A stretch of 61,901 nt of DNA, counting the filler. It is 6 parts of 6 records of this genome, joined end to end, with 100 filler letters (N's around TTAATTAATTAA, not from the genome) between each part and the next. Parts side by side here need not be neighbours in the genome. Positions count along the whole stretch, not along the records: positions 21,702 to 32,035 come from DRR378314_966; positions 32,136 to 47,176 come from DRR378314_968; 4 more parts are not named here. One strand, written 5' to 3'. Under the pieces are notes generated by a model, which saw only the letters and a program-made list of their open reading frames with translations, did no database searches and was not told the origin of the DNA. Both the position numbers and the translations under genes were made by a program. Below, piece by piece: positions 22,922-35,411 of the stretch. Position 1 is the first letter of the stretch. Each line of letters opens with the position of its first letter.

Positions 22922-25900
22922 ATGGCAGAAAGCGTGCTCCCCGTTGGAGAAGCCAGGTCGCACGCCGCAGTCGTAGCAGACGCGTGCTCGTTGCGCGTGT
23001 CGCCAAGTTCCTCGTATTCCTACTATGCATCAGAGGTATTCGAGCAAGGTCTTACCGATATTGTGAGTGAGAAAGATTCAGCGCTAGACAAGAAGATGAG
23101 CGCAGGAATTGGTTCGCTTTCAGGCGCTTGGCGTACGCCCGAGGGCGGCGACGGCCTGCTTGGTGCCCTGGTCCACGACGCCGCTCCGCCGGCGACCGCG
23201 AATGTCGCTCTCGACATCCCGCTTCTTCCAGGTGCGTCCGCGCTGCTCGTTGCTGAGCGCTGAGCCCGTCGAATTCTCCCTCTTTGATGCTGTTTGTCCG
23301 CTTTCACAAACCAGGATGAACAATGTTCGAACGAATTTTCACAGAATAGAACATTGGTATTTTCTGTTGGATCTGCGCTGCCTTGTCTGCTCCTGCGTAA
23401 TATTGGCATGCGTGGTTTGCTGGCTTGCTGCAGCGTGGTTTTCTCCGAGTGATCCTTTTCCCGCGCAATCTGCTGGTGCTGCTGTTAGCGAGGTGCTGCG
23501 CTCGTCGGCAAGACCTCCGTAGCCTTCACGCCCTTTTCTCACGCTCTCCTCTCCGCACATCCTCCACACACCACGTGTTCTCTTGTATATATATGGGGTT
23601 AAAGTGGCGGAGGACGTGCGCTTCTGTTGGGGGTTGCTTTCTCGGTTGCGGTCGGAGTGCGGGTTTGGCCGATGTTTCGCGCAGCGCCTGTACGTCCCGT
23701 GCGACCGCCGTGTTGCTCACCTCGCGCTGCTGTGCCTTTCCGTGCTCCTTGCAAGCAGAAGTACCAGACGACATGTTGGGCGACGTCAAGATGCTAGAGG
23801 TATGGCAAATGCACGCATCCCAAAACTATTGGGGTTGTATCGTCGAGCCACACAATCTGGTGCATGCATGATGCGTTTGCGCGCTAGATGCACTGCAGAG
23901 GTTTTTTTTTTTGTTTGTTTGTTTTTGCGTAGCTGCGGTGGCCTGCATTTTCGTGCCTGGCCGGGAAACTGCAGCTCGTCGTTTACTCTGCAGCGCGATT
24001 CTGCTTCCCTGCGCCTTTCCCACTTGTTTGGTGTGTGCTGCATTGGAGGGGCTGTACCAGGGAAATAAGAATTCGAGATATATTTTGTGTGCGCCAAAAA
24101 GGGACTACGGCTCCGCTTGCACAGCTCCTTGGATGTCGCCTCGGTTGTCGTGGTCCCGCTTGTCCTTTCGCTCGCGCGCTGCGTTCGCTGGAATCCGCGT
24201 GTTGATTGGCGTTGCCGCCGTTCTCTCGCTCATGTCGGACCCGTTATCCCATGCAGTCCATGCTCAAAATCCATTTTTCGCGATTAACCACCATCGCTCA
24301 AAGCGACTCTCGAAGCAGCGAACAGCACGGCCCGCCGGCACGCGCGATGCTGCGGCAAGGCGCGGTGCCGCTCTCGCGGAGCCTCGGAGTGGGCGGGACG
24401 GGCTGTGGCGACGCGTGCGCGCCGCGCGCTCTGGCTGGTCCCGCTCGCGGGCCACCTGGCGCTGCGGGCGGGGAATGCTCCATTTCGCAGGCCCATCGCG
24501 AGCAGATCGAAACTTCTACAGATATTGACTGGGTTGCTCTGTGCATGCACGAAGCGGACTTGCAGCGCCGTGGAGTGCGAAAAGACTCCGTGGCAGCATC
24601 GCGTGCCCGGCGGCGTCTGCGCTGGGAAGACACTGCGTCGCAAGCGCTGCGCGCGCTTGTCCGCGTAGCCGAAGTGGAGGCGCAGCACAACAAGGACACT
24701 CCAGCTCTTCACCGGACTGCGACTGCGTCGTTTCTATTAGTTCTCGCGGGCGTTCCTTCGCGCTGGTTTTCCTTGGAACACGGGACGTTTGTGGCGCCGC
24801 GGGAGGCGCATGGTGCCGAGCGCTCCGTGCTGCGCGAGTTGTGCGCAGCTGGCGACGTGGCGCGGCGCGTTGCTGACATGGCTTCGTCCCTGAGTTCGTC
24901 AGGGAGCGCGGCTAGCCAGGTGCGTGGGCGAAATGGATCGTGGACGGCAAGGAGTATTGCAACTTGTCCTTTCAGCGTGCACGTTTTAGCGCCGCGATGT
25001 TCCGCGCGAGCACGGCGTGTCTCCCAACACCTCTTCGCCCCCCTCTGATATCAGACGCAGCGCTTATACACGTTCTCAGGGTATCGACGTCGCTCTTCCG
25101 CAGTCTGAACGCCGCGCCGCGCCCGCATCGCCAGAGCGTTATCTTCGTGGCTTACGCGGCGTGTACGTGTGCAGTGGACTCCCGTTGCTCGTTTCTCCAC
25201 TCACCATGTCGTGTGTGTTTTTTTCCCGCTCTATGTTGCGGCTCGCGTTAACCGGGTGGCGGTTTCCTGATGGACGCGCACGTAGGCACTCGGGTCGTGG
25301 ACGATGCGCTACATGGATGCGTATCTCGGACGGATCCTCCAGCTGGGCGATATTACACTGCACGAAGGCGCCGGTGCTGCCAGCGCGCTCGACACACTCG
25401 CCTCTACGGAGCGTCTGCGCGAGGAGCTTTTAGATATTGAAATGCTATGCCGGAGTGCACTTGGCACGAATGCGGGCGATGCAGCGTTTGCCATGGTTGG
25501 TGATCTTGAGGGCGATACGCGTTCTGCCGACGTGGCGGCAAGCGTCGCTCGTGCGGTGTTCGCGCCGTTGGCCGCCAAGCTCGAGGACGCCTTTGCTGAC
25601 GGTTTGCGCGCTGCGCCTTTCGAAAGCACCGAGCTGCAGGAAGTGCTTCCGGGGTTCCTGGCTCCCCTGCGACCTATCGCTGCGGAATGCCAGGCAAACG
25701 TACGACTTCTGGACGCCGTTGGTGCGGATGGAGCGCGCCGTGCGATAGGCGATCCGCCTGCACTAATACTTGCGCTGGACGAAAGCGAATGCAGTGTCGC
25801 TGACACGAGCGCGCTCCAATGGGCAACGCGGGCTGCCTCTTCTCTCATTCGCGAGTGGAGGTCGTTTGAAGCTCGGGCAGTAAGTGGAGACCTTTCGAAT

Positions 25901-28166
25901 GCGCGCGATCGCCGAGCGCACGGTGCCAGCAGTCTGACGGAGCCCTCTGGGCAGCCGGTTGGCGATACCGCGTCCCTGGAGCGGCAGAGGATCGCGGCAG
26001 CGGCCTCTCGTGCGGACGAGGCGCTCGCACGCGCTACAGACTCTGCAGCGGAACGGGCAGAGCACCATCAGGGCGCCAGGAGCAGCATTTTACCTGCGTT
26101 GCCGTTCGCGTCGCTTTTGCCTGATGCTGCCCGGGCCCAAAGGCTAGCCCAAGCTGCTCGCGCAATGCGGGATGCATTCGAAGCGCGAATGCGCTCTCTG
26201 GCACTGCGAGGCGGCGAAGAAGTGCCACCGGAGCATTCCGTGGCGGCTCGTCGTGCCCAAGTAGCGCTGGACGCATTTATTGCGGCTGCGGAAGAGCAGG
26301 CCGCTGTGCATGACGAACAGGACACAGAACACAAAGGCTCGCTGGCCTCCGATGCGGAAGTGCAGTCTGCCGACGCAGGAGAAGAGGCACCGGGCGCCTT
26401 GGTTGACGGCGACGACGCTCCCGGCGGGGAAAGCCGTTTGGCCTCGGACCCACGAGACCGATCGGGTGCGTCGTCGCGCGTCGAGGCTGATGTGGTCACC
26501 GGTGGATCTTCGGATGCGGGTGGCACCATGCAACCGACACCGGCGAGTTCCGCTGCTTCACCAGAGGACCCCTGTGAGCTGCGCGCGCCGGAGATTTCAT
26601 CCATGATATCCTCGCTTGAGCTGTCTGCGCAACAAGCTGTTCGCCGCGTCTCCTCTTCGCACTGTTGCGCTGGAGCACCTTCGGAGCTCGCGGCGCTGGC
26701 AGCGCTTGGTAAGAGCCTTGGCTCGTTGCGTACTCTATCACGCCTTGCGTGCTATTTCTCGCTCATGATCGAGCATGACATGCTTGGCGCGTTAGATGTC
26801 GTGCACGATGTTGTGCTTCTGGGACGTGGCGACTTTGCTCACGCGCTCGCGACGCGGGTAGGCGATGCAGTTCCTGAGCTGGCGCTCGATGCGGCGCTGG
26901 ACGAGTGCTCGTGCGACGGGCAGTGGCGCGTGGTGGCGATGGAGGGAGTTTCCCTCCGCGCGCGCCGCTGTGAAGATTCGGGGAGTTTCCGAATTCACGT
27001 GACCCTCCCTGCAGCGGCCCGGAATTTACTAAGCGAGGCGATCATGGAGCGCCTTGAAGCTGTCGGCAGCGCTCGCCTTGCCCTGCGCCGCGCCGCCATG
27101 GCAGCGTCGTCGTGCGACAGCTCGTGGCGTGGTGCGCACCGCTTGCGCCACGTTTTCGCGGTGGTCGAACGCTACGTTCTACTGCAACTGTTCGATGTCG
27201 AATGGCAGTCTCTGCGTAGAGATGTGGTCGATGCGAAGCGTGAATGGTCATTGGACAAGCTGCGCGCGCGCATCGAGGCGTTCGCCAGGGCAGCCGAAGA
27301 CGCGCTCCTCCTGTCGCGCAGGTATGGCGCGGGGTCCTCTGCGTTCCCGCTGCAGATGACGGGGTGCACGCCCGTGCGAGTATGTGCGGCGTCGCTTTCC
27401 GACTACCGCTTGACTGTTCGCGACATGCTTAAATGCGCACCGCTCGCTACGGGAATCGTGCTCTTCTGCGCAGTATCTTGCGTGCGGCGCGTCTGAAACA
27501 TTGGGAAGCGCTGGCAGATTTTAGTGGTGTTGGTGTAGAGAATGACTTGGGGAAGCGAAACGCTGCTGCTACCGATTGGGGCTGCCTTTCGCCTAGTGCG
27601 CGCAAGCCGCTCATATATCTTTTTCTTGACCTTGGGGCGCTTTTCCGGATGCAGGACGCAAGCTCTGGGAAAGCTTTTGCGGATTATGTCAGATGCCGCA
27701 ATGGAGGCCAACGGACTACTGTCGCATGGGGTGGCCGCCGATGGAAAAGCAGCGGTACGGACAGTGATTCTTGTTGTGCACTTGACAGGTCCACGGGAAC
27801 GTGTCGCGTGAATGAATGCAGATCTGGATGCTGCATTGCGAATGCCTCTGCGTTCTTATTTTTCTGTTTTCTCGTACGATTTTTTTTTGGGCAAGGTAGA
27901 GTATATTTTCTTTGGACCGGTCCTTCTTTATTTCTTCTGCCCCCGATGGATTTTTGTTTCCCGTATACTCTGCACGCTGTATTTGCTGACAAGTGCGAGC
28001 GTGCTTGGCGCGGCTGCAGGCTCTGGTGCAGGTGGAGCGCGCGTTCGACGATGCTCTGCAGCGCTTTGTCAGCGCGCTCGGGTCTATCGTCCGATCGCAG
28101 AGTGTCGAGTCTAGACTTTATCATCTCTTAGTCGAACTCGACTTCAATGGCGGTCTGTTTGCGTGA
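22922..28166 (+). CDS. Gamma-tubulin complex component (Spc97/Spc98 family, GCP6-like), multi-exon
   Basis: GRIP1-like LAGVPSRWF; long low-complexity insertion; GRIP2-like YFSLMIEHDMLGALDVVHDVVLLGRGDFAHAL and HRLRHVFAVVERYVLLQLFDVEWQSL; last exon ends YHLLVELDFNGGLFA* (LDFN C-terminal signature). 5' exons are less certain. Confidence 0.8.
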
Positions 28167-28866
28167 GAGAGCTACGCTTTCCCTCCGCTGATTGCTTTGC
28201 AAGGTGCAGAATTGGTTGTGCTCCAAGTCGTAGGCGCGAATGCCGGCCGCTTGGAATGCTCGCACCCGCCTGCGTGGCTTCCTGCGGAAAGTGAGCGCCA
28301 AATATATGAGTACGTGGAGAAACGACTGTGAACGTATCATGCGGAAATTGAAGCCAACCAACCGCCCTATCAGGCGTCTTGGCATGCACGTCTGCGCTTC
28401 GTCAGTACCAATGCTGCAACGGGAGGAATGCGGTGCGGCCATAACGCTTAAGGATCTAGGGGAAGATCACACAGTTCCGCTCTCCTCGCCTCGCTTGCGT
28501 CGCCAGCTCGCGCGCGGAAAGCGGGCACGAAGCGCAAGTTGTTTCGTTGCGCACGCGCCGAGCCAAGTGCGAGCGTGTAGCGGAAGAGGAACCTGTACCA
28601 TTTTTTTTTGTAGATCCATTGGGTCGTGAGAGGATAAATTGCTTCTATATCTTCTTTTCTGATCCGCTGCTCTCTCTGTCGTGTGTATTTGGTGGGCGCG
28701 AGGCGCGGTGTGTGTGTGTTCAGAGGGCTTAACCGGCCGCAGCGTTTCCGTTTCCGTAAAAACGCTGCGTTCCCGTCGCGTCCGAGTTTGCCTGACCACA
28801 CCTTTCCTTTGTCGGTAGAACCGGTCACAGTCGTTCTGCTGCGTACATTGTGCGAGGTTTCTTGCG

Positions 28867-29475
28867 ATGCTGTTCGTTCCACCGCAGTCCGCCTCGAACG
28901 CGCGGCGCCTTGTTCTGTTCGACTTCGACGGCACGCTCATTCGCAGCCCTGAGGCGCCGAAGTGGTGGCCGAGCCGCGGCGGGTGGTGGTCGCGCGCCGA
29001 GTCGCTGCTGCCGCCGATTCTCCCCAAAGTGCCACCTGCGCATTGCTGGATCGAAGAGACTCTCAAAGCAGCAGAAAACGCGCTGGCAGACGAAGAGACT
29101 CTCTGCATTCTCGCCACAGGGCGCTTAGACGATGTGTTTGCGGAGCGAGTTAGCGAGCTGCTGAGCGCGGTGGGACTTGACTTTCACGCGGTCCTGCTGG
29201 CGCGCAGGTGCGGCAAGGGTACTCTGGACCAAAAAATTGAGCTTATCGACAGTGTGCTGGATGCTTGCCCGCGCATTACAGACGTGCAAATTTTTGAAGA
29301 TCGATCACCGCACCATGCAGCGTTCAAGGCGCATCTGGAGCGACATGGGCGCGCGGGAAGGCTGGCGGCATACGACGTAACGCTTGTACAGGCAAAGCGT
29401 TACGTTCCCAAAGTCTCGCGAGGCGAGTTTTTGCGTGCGCATCCGCACATGGAGCGCAGGCTATCCCAGCGCTAA
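28867..29475 (+). CDS. Stand-alone HAD phosphatase of the Swiss Army Knife RNA-repair type (HAD_SAK_1-like), intronless
   Basis: Motif I LVLFDFDGTLIRSP, WW motif GGWWSRAESL, motif II LATGR, K in TLDQK, motif IV IFEDR. Confidence 0.82.
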   Translation: MLFVPPQSASNARRLVLFDFDGTLIRSPEAPKWWPSRGGWWSRAESLLPPILPKVPPAHCWIEETLKAAENALADEETLCILATGRLDDVFAERVSELLSAVGLDFHAVLLARRCGKGTLDQKIELIDSVLDACPRITDVQIFEDRSPHHAAFKAHLERHGRAGRLAAYDVTLVQAKRYVPKVSRGEFLRAHPHMERRLSQR

Positions 29476-30641
29476 AGCGCACGGCTCCTCCTTTCGTAAA
29501 CTATATGGTCTATCAATGCGTTAGTACAACTTGCAGCGCTGCTTGCGACAGAAAAGAAAGAGTCTTTTGGCCATTTGCACCGGGCGTTGGTGGCCGCCGT
29601 TTGTACTCCGCGAACTTTTTGACCGCTGCTGCCAATACACGGTCTCCTCTCCCTCGCGCGTGCGCCGTGCTCCGTGTGAATGCACTTTTGGCGCAATGCG
29701 TCAAGGATGCTGCTGATACCGACCCAGGCCCGGCATTCGCGCCTCGCTGTGTTGTGGTTCACGATGAAAAACAACAACAACGAATCCTGTGTCGCAGTGG
29801 TGTGCATCTGGTACCGCCGCCTGCACGAGCGTTCTGCGAGATTCTCGCACGACGTTGCCCATCGCGCTCACCGCACTTGCGAGCTGAGAAAAGCTGTTTT
29901 TGCGTCACCGCAGTTGCGTGATTGTGGGCGCGGCGCGCTTCGCTTTATTGCAGCCCGACATATAATTCGTACGTAACGCATTGAGAGTGACAGGCCGCGA
30001 GTATGAAAGAAAGGGAGTTGTATCCCGTGGGAGGATGGCAAAGAGGACACTGCCAGTCTCTTGGGAGCACGAGTCCCTAGCCGGGTTGGAACGAATATGG
30101 CGCGCTCCCGCTGGCGCTATCGGAAACTTGTAGAAAGAAAGACGTCAACGTAGGAGTACAAAAGAGTTGGTTCTCTTGTTTATTTCCTCCTACAGCCTCT
30201 TCTCAAGTTTTACGGGGAAAACACCGGGCGTTTGTACTGGAAGCAGGCGGTAAACCCTCGGCGTACGTAGCGCTCGTGCTCTCGTTTAGTCCCGCACGTG
30301 TTTCGTTTCCTTGGGCTGTGCTCTTGGATTACCGACTCCATTCTTCTCTACCGACGCTCTGCGAACCGATATAGAGCATGTATGGATTGCATTATAAGAT
30401 GATAAGTAATGTAAATTAGGACCTTGTGCAGAAGAGTGTGGCCAGCGTGCTGCTTTGCTCGCTGTGTACGTCTAGCAGGCGGCCCTGGGTCGCTTGTGCG
30501 CGAGCGGTCCACAGGTGCAAACGCTCTCGTTTGGCGGGGATCTTCGGGGAGAAAATTCCGCACCAAATCCCAAGCGTTCAGAGCTAGACTCCCTGTCTGT
30601 CCGCAATCATGTTCATCGTCGCGGTGTGTCCGAGGAATGAC

Positions 30642-31441
30642 TCACCGCAGCGTTGGGGCTGTAAAGTACTCGGCGGCGAACTGGGCGGCGCAGAAGTCGT
30701 CGGCTCCCTGCTCGTCCGCGAGCGCAGCGCGCCGAAGCGCCGCGACCGCGAAGCCGTGGAGCATGGCTGGGAGCTCCGGATGCGCTCGGATGTAGCGCTC
30801 GTCTTCCACCTGCAAATCCAGCTGTAGAGATTAAGCACAACAAAACATAAAGAGAATGAGGTGAGAGTGCCCGTGAAATCTGGCGCTTCATAGGACTGTC
30901 TGACTCAGGAAAGGAGACTCGTGCTGCCGTGGCAGCAGTTTACGAATTTCGTCGGCGTTTCCGCGAGACGTGGGCGCTCGATAGTGTACTTCCTCGTGTG
31001 CCCACTGCACTCGCTGCAAGTGAGCGGCGAGATCCAGTGCGTTCGACTGTGGAAACGGCTACGCAATAGGATGCTTAGTCTGAATGTATGAGGCAAGTTG
31101 CGTTGGTCGCTTTTTTACAAATGTTGTGTAGAAGTTTTCCTGTTGCAGCAGCCTGTTTTGTCCAACTTGAGAGACACTCGGTGACAAAAGCTCAGACCGC
31201 GTCGCTCGCCTTGACCAACGTGCACGGCCGACCATGTGTGCGCGGCTTTATCGTCGATTCTGGATTTTCTCACCACAGGAGCTGTGTAGAGAACTATGTC
31301 ACCACAGAACGATCCCATTCGCGTTGTCATATCCTTCTCTATCCCTCTGTGATAATGTGGCCAGCTCACCGATTCTTGCTTGAGAGATTCGAGTTCGCTG
31401 ATGCTCAGTGCGTTCCATTCGCGGACGTCCGAGTCGTCCAT
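30642..31441 (-). CDS. RIIa domain-containing protein (RIIAD1-like); exons 31441-31370 and 30821-~30646
   Basis: Splicing GTGAGC...CTACAG gives MDDSDVREWNALSISELESLKQES|LDLQVEDERYIRAHPELPAMLHGFAVAALRR...AQFAAEYFTAPTLR, matching the RIIAD1 pattern ALS..QLE.L.....NE.Y+R.H.E+....FAA.YFT. The spliced product is not in the ORF track. Confidence 0.75.
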
Positions 31442-31825
31442 CGCAAGTAGTGCTACCACGGCAGTCTCTTGTTGTATATACTTTTTTGTTGGTGATACTG
31501 CCGCAGTGTATATAGTCTCACTTCTTCACCACACGGGAAATAGGCAGTGGGCAGGATCGACCCTGGTGCTGTGCTGGAAGCTGCTTGGGCGCTCTGGCGA
31601 GCAGCAGCTCGCACCGAACACCACGGTTTACAAAATAGGGCGGAGAACTCTTGGAGAACCATCCTCACCGAACGATTCGATTCCCCGTGGAAGATCATAG
31701 CGCAGCACGCAGGCACACGGGAAGGGGGATATATTCGAGATACACGCGCATCCATTTGTTTTCGTACGACACCAATAGCGACTAAAAGAACTTCCACACT
31801 TCCCTAGGCTTCCAAGTAGCAAGGG

Positions 31826-31945
31826 CTACTTGCTATCAGTTTCTGCAGCTTTCTTCTTCGCAGGCAGCTCCATGGGACCCTCGCCCATCATCTTGAGCAT
31901 GTTGTTCCGCTCCTCTTTCTTCACGTGCAGTTGCACGACGGTTGT
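31826..31945 (-). CDS. Probable last exon of an unidentified gene
   Basis: Coding-like stretch VVQLHVKKEERNNMLKMMGEGPMELPAKKKAAETDSK*; upstream part lost at the contig edge. Confidence 0.4.
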   Translation of the reverse strand, partial: TTVVQLHVKKEERNNMLKMMGEGPMELPAKKKAAETDSK

Positions 31946-32035
31946 GCATAGCATAGTGGGGAAAATAAACGGTACACGTGTGAACGGATGATGCTGCAAT
32001 GGCACGAACGAGGCACGCAACACATTGCAACATAT

Positions 32036-32135
32036 NNNNNNNNNNNNNNNNNNNNNNNNNNNNNNNNNNNNNNNNNNNNTTAATTAATTAANNNNNNNNN
32101 NNNNNNNNNNNNNNNNNNNNNNNNNNNNNNNNNNN
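32036..32135. other. Artificial contig linker
   Basis: N44-TTAATTAATTAA-N44. Confidence 0.98.
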
Positions 32136-35100
32136 CCGACACCGACACCGACACCGACACCGACGGCGCAGCGTCGCTCTCGCTGGTGTTCTCGGCGGAC
32201 ATCGATGCCGCGCTTCCGCACGCGCTCGCTCTGGCAGCGCAGACGGTCGTGTGCGAGCCCGCCGAGGGGCTGCGCGGCTCCATGGAGAGCGCCGCGCAGC
32301 TCGTGCAGCAGTACGAACGCGACGCGTCGCTGCCCGCGGAAGCGCGCGGTCTCGCCGTCCTCGTCGCTTGGGTGCACGCAGCTATGGAAGAGCGCGTGCG
32401 TCTCCACCCGTACGGGTTCTCGCACCTCGCGGATGTGGGTCCGGTGGACATGAACCTCGCAGCGCGTATTGTCGCGGAGACGGTGCGGCGTGCGGCCGGG
32501 ACGCGGCGCCATATCGACGCGGAGTCGCTGCCGTGGGCGGGAATGCGAGCGGCACTGGTCGACGCGGTGTACGGCGCGCGCATGTTCTCGCATCGAGACC
32601 GCTGTGCCCTGGAGAAACTGCTGGAGCACTACCTCGCAGCGGGAACGCTCACTTCGGCGTCCATGACGCTCCCCGGCGCTGCGTCGTCGGTGGCGCGACT
32701 GAGCGACGATCGCAGCGCACTGGCGGCGTGGGTGTCGTCGCTACCGCGCCACGCAGCACCGCACCTCGTCCACGTTGCGCGCGCAGCAGCCACCGAGTAC
32801 GCGAGCCAATCAGGTACGCTCCATCATGCACTTTCTCACACATGCACATCTGCACGCGATCACGCGGAGCCGCGTGCGTCGTTCCGCGATGCTCGTTCCT
32901 CGGATATAGCGTCGAACGCGGGTTGCCTTGAGTGTTCAGATAGACAGACAGAGAGAGAGAGGTCAAATACTGAGCATGCGCAGCACGGCACAGAACCAAG
33001 GTTGTAGCGTGCTGTATGTACATTGACACGGGGCTTGACTCGTGTTTGTTGCGGTGGTGTGCGCGTGCGGGAGCGATACGGTGCGCGAGCGGCGTGCGGC
33101 TTTGCCTGTGCTCGCGTGGACCGTGCGACGGCGATCGTCCGTCGCGCCGACTTTTTCCCCTCCCCCCCACCTCACCAGCCCTCCCCGAGCAACCGGTGCA
33201 GCGAACAGTGACTCAGCTTTGCGCCAGCAATCTAGCGTACATCGTGCAAGGAATACCGTATTTTCGCCGGGAAACTCGGCAACGTTGCAACAGTGATGTC
33301 TCCTTCGCCAAGCGCTGCTGCGGCATTGCACGTAGACGTAAAGGTCGAGGATGCGCACGCTGCGTTGGCAACCGACCGCCTGTTCTCCCTTGCGTGCGAA
33401 CGTAACGATTATCCCTGTATATTGCTTGTGGTGTCTCTGGTGTGGTTCGCCGGGGTGCAGCTATGCGCAGTACGCAGCTACTCTCCCTACTTGTCGATGC
33501 ACCGTCGTCTGCGGCGTCGGAGCACCGCGCGAACGACGCTGCGGCACCGGAAGAGCGCGACCTCGACGTCGACGGATCGTCGTCCGCATTCGCCGACGAC
33601 ATCGAGGCGGTACGTGCACAGCGCATCGCATGCACCGAACCCCTGTGCAGGACACCGTCTTTCGTACAACGGGATCAGCGCCGCGTGCCTGTCTCTTGCA
33701 GCAGGAATACGGTGCGCACTTTCAGTGTGCTTCGTGCGTAGTGCTGCGTGTGAGTGCGAGTCGTTATGGGGAGCAAAGGGAGGTCCAGCAGAGTCGGTGT
33801 ACTTTGCTTCGTACTGCGGCGCATCAGAAGCAGCAATACGGGCGTGTACACACGCTCAGTTTGGTGAGATAAAGGGCAAGCTGTCGTGCGCGTCATGTGT
33901 GACACGTGTGCACTACTGTGCGGTGGATGAGGAGACGCGCCGCAGCGCACTTCACGGAGAAGGTTTGGGCGAGTTGCTTCACCAATCGCCGCGTCTCGCT
34001 CCACAGCCCGCTTTGTATACGCGCGACGCGGTGGCGCGATCCCGCAGAACGCAGCTTCGAATCGCGCAATTCTTCCGTTGACCAGCACATGCGCATGGGA
34101 TGCACAGGCTGACACAGCGTTGTTCGGGAGAGACCGCACTTGTGAATGCGGTCCCTTTTCTTCCGCGTCTCAGTGTCGACGCTCTCGTTCTCCGATGGAA
34201 ATCGTGTGCTTTTACAGACGCGGCTAGACGCGCGCGACGCGCAAACGAGCCTTTCTGGACGTGGACGCGGATGGCTCGCTCTATCCAGCGAACTGCGGGC
34301 TCGCTGTGATGCGCTGGAGCGGGCATTGGAAGATTTACGCGCTCCAGACCGCCGCACTGCGGCGCGCGTGATGCGCACAGGTTCGTCGCAGCGGGGGAAA
34401 CGGGGAGCGCGCTGCGTGCGAGCAACGCGTCGAGCGCAACGAGGTGCCGTGTACCGAGTTCCTCTGTCGTCATCCACACGTACATGTGACGCTATTACGG
34501 CGTGAAAAGAGGACGCATGCGCCAAGCAAACACATTGCTTGTAGCTGGCGCGCGTACACTGTACCAGGGTCGACGCAGCGGCTTCCCCTTGTCGGTGCTC
34601 GGCACAGCGAACAGACGAGTGGAGATAGAGAGGTTCACCCACCGAGTGTACACCTTATTACGTATTTGTGCACGAAAATAACCGAAACAAGCGCTACGTC
34701 TGCGGTGTACGCAATGTGCTCGGCGAGGATTGCAAAGGCGACGAAGCGGGACGTCGCGCGGTGCTTTGCACGCGTGGCAGACAAGGGGTTTGCGCTGCTG
34801 AGCCTCTCGCGTGCTCAACAATACTCGACGTGCATTTTGCCGCATTCGCTCCTGTGCTCGCAATTGCTGCAGGTACAGTTCCTTCATCATGGTGGTGCTC
34901 GTTGCGAGCACACGGTTCTTCTACGAGATGCGGACTTGCGGACTGGAGAGAAGTGTTTGTGGCGGGAACGCGGCAGCTGCTCGGCCTCGTCGGCGGCGCG
35001 TCCGCGGGCGCACCGGTGGTCTCCGCGAACCGCCTGGTGGCACTATCGCGCGTGCTCGACACCCTCCTGCTCGGGAGCGGGGTTGATGCAGTGCTAGTAG

Positions 35101-35411
35101 GGCAGCAATGTGATGACGTCGCTATCGATGACGAGGATGCAATTGTTATCGCCGATTTGCGCGCTGATGCCACGTGCTGGAACGAGGACTCGTCACGCTT
35201 CCGCTTTTCTGACGATGTCGCCGTCCCCATCGATCGTCTCGTTGTATCCTCGCAATCTGCGGTGCCGTCGTCTTCGTGGACATCGGTACCGCTATATTCA
35301 TCACCGAGTCGCGAACACGTAGTGGCGCACGAAATATTTGTTGCAACGGAAAGTAGCGAAGAGGCAGATCGTATGACAATGGGTCTGGCTGCGCTGTGGT
35401 GCGCTTCGTAG
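32136..35411 (+). CDS. Dynein heavy chain C-terminal region (AAA6 lid and C-terminal domain), cytoplasmic-type, divergent, multi-exon, 5' truncated
   Basis: LAVLVAWVHAAMEERVRLHPYGFS...LPWAGMRAALVDAVYGARMFSHRDRCALEKLLEHYL matches L.WFHA.+QER..Y.P.GW...PW..+......+YGG+.....D...L; terminal VPLYSSPSREHVV...MGLAALWCAS* matches P+Y....R...G+A+. Confidence 0.82.
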
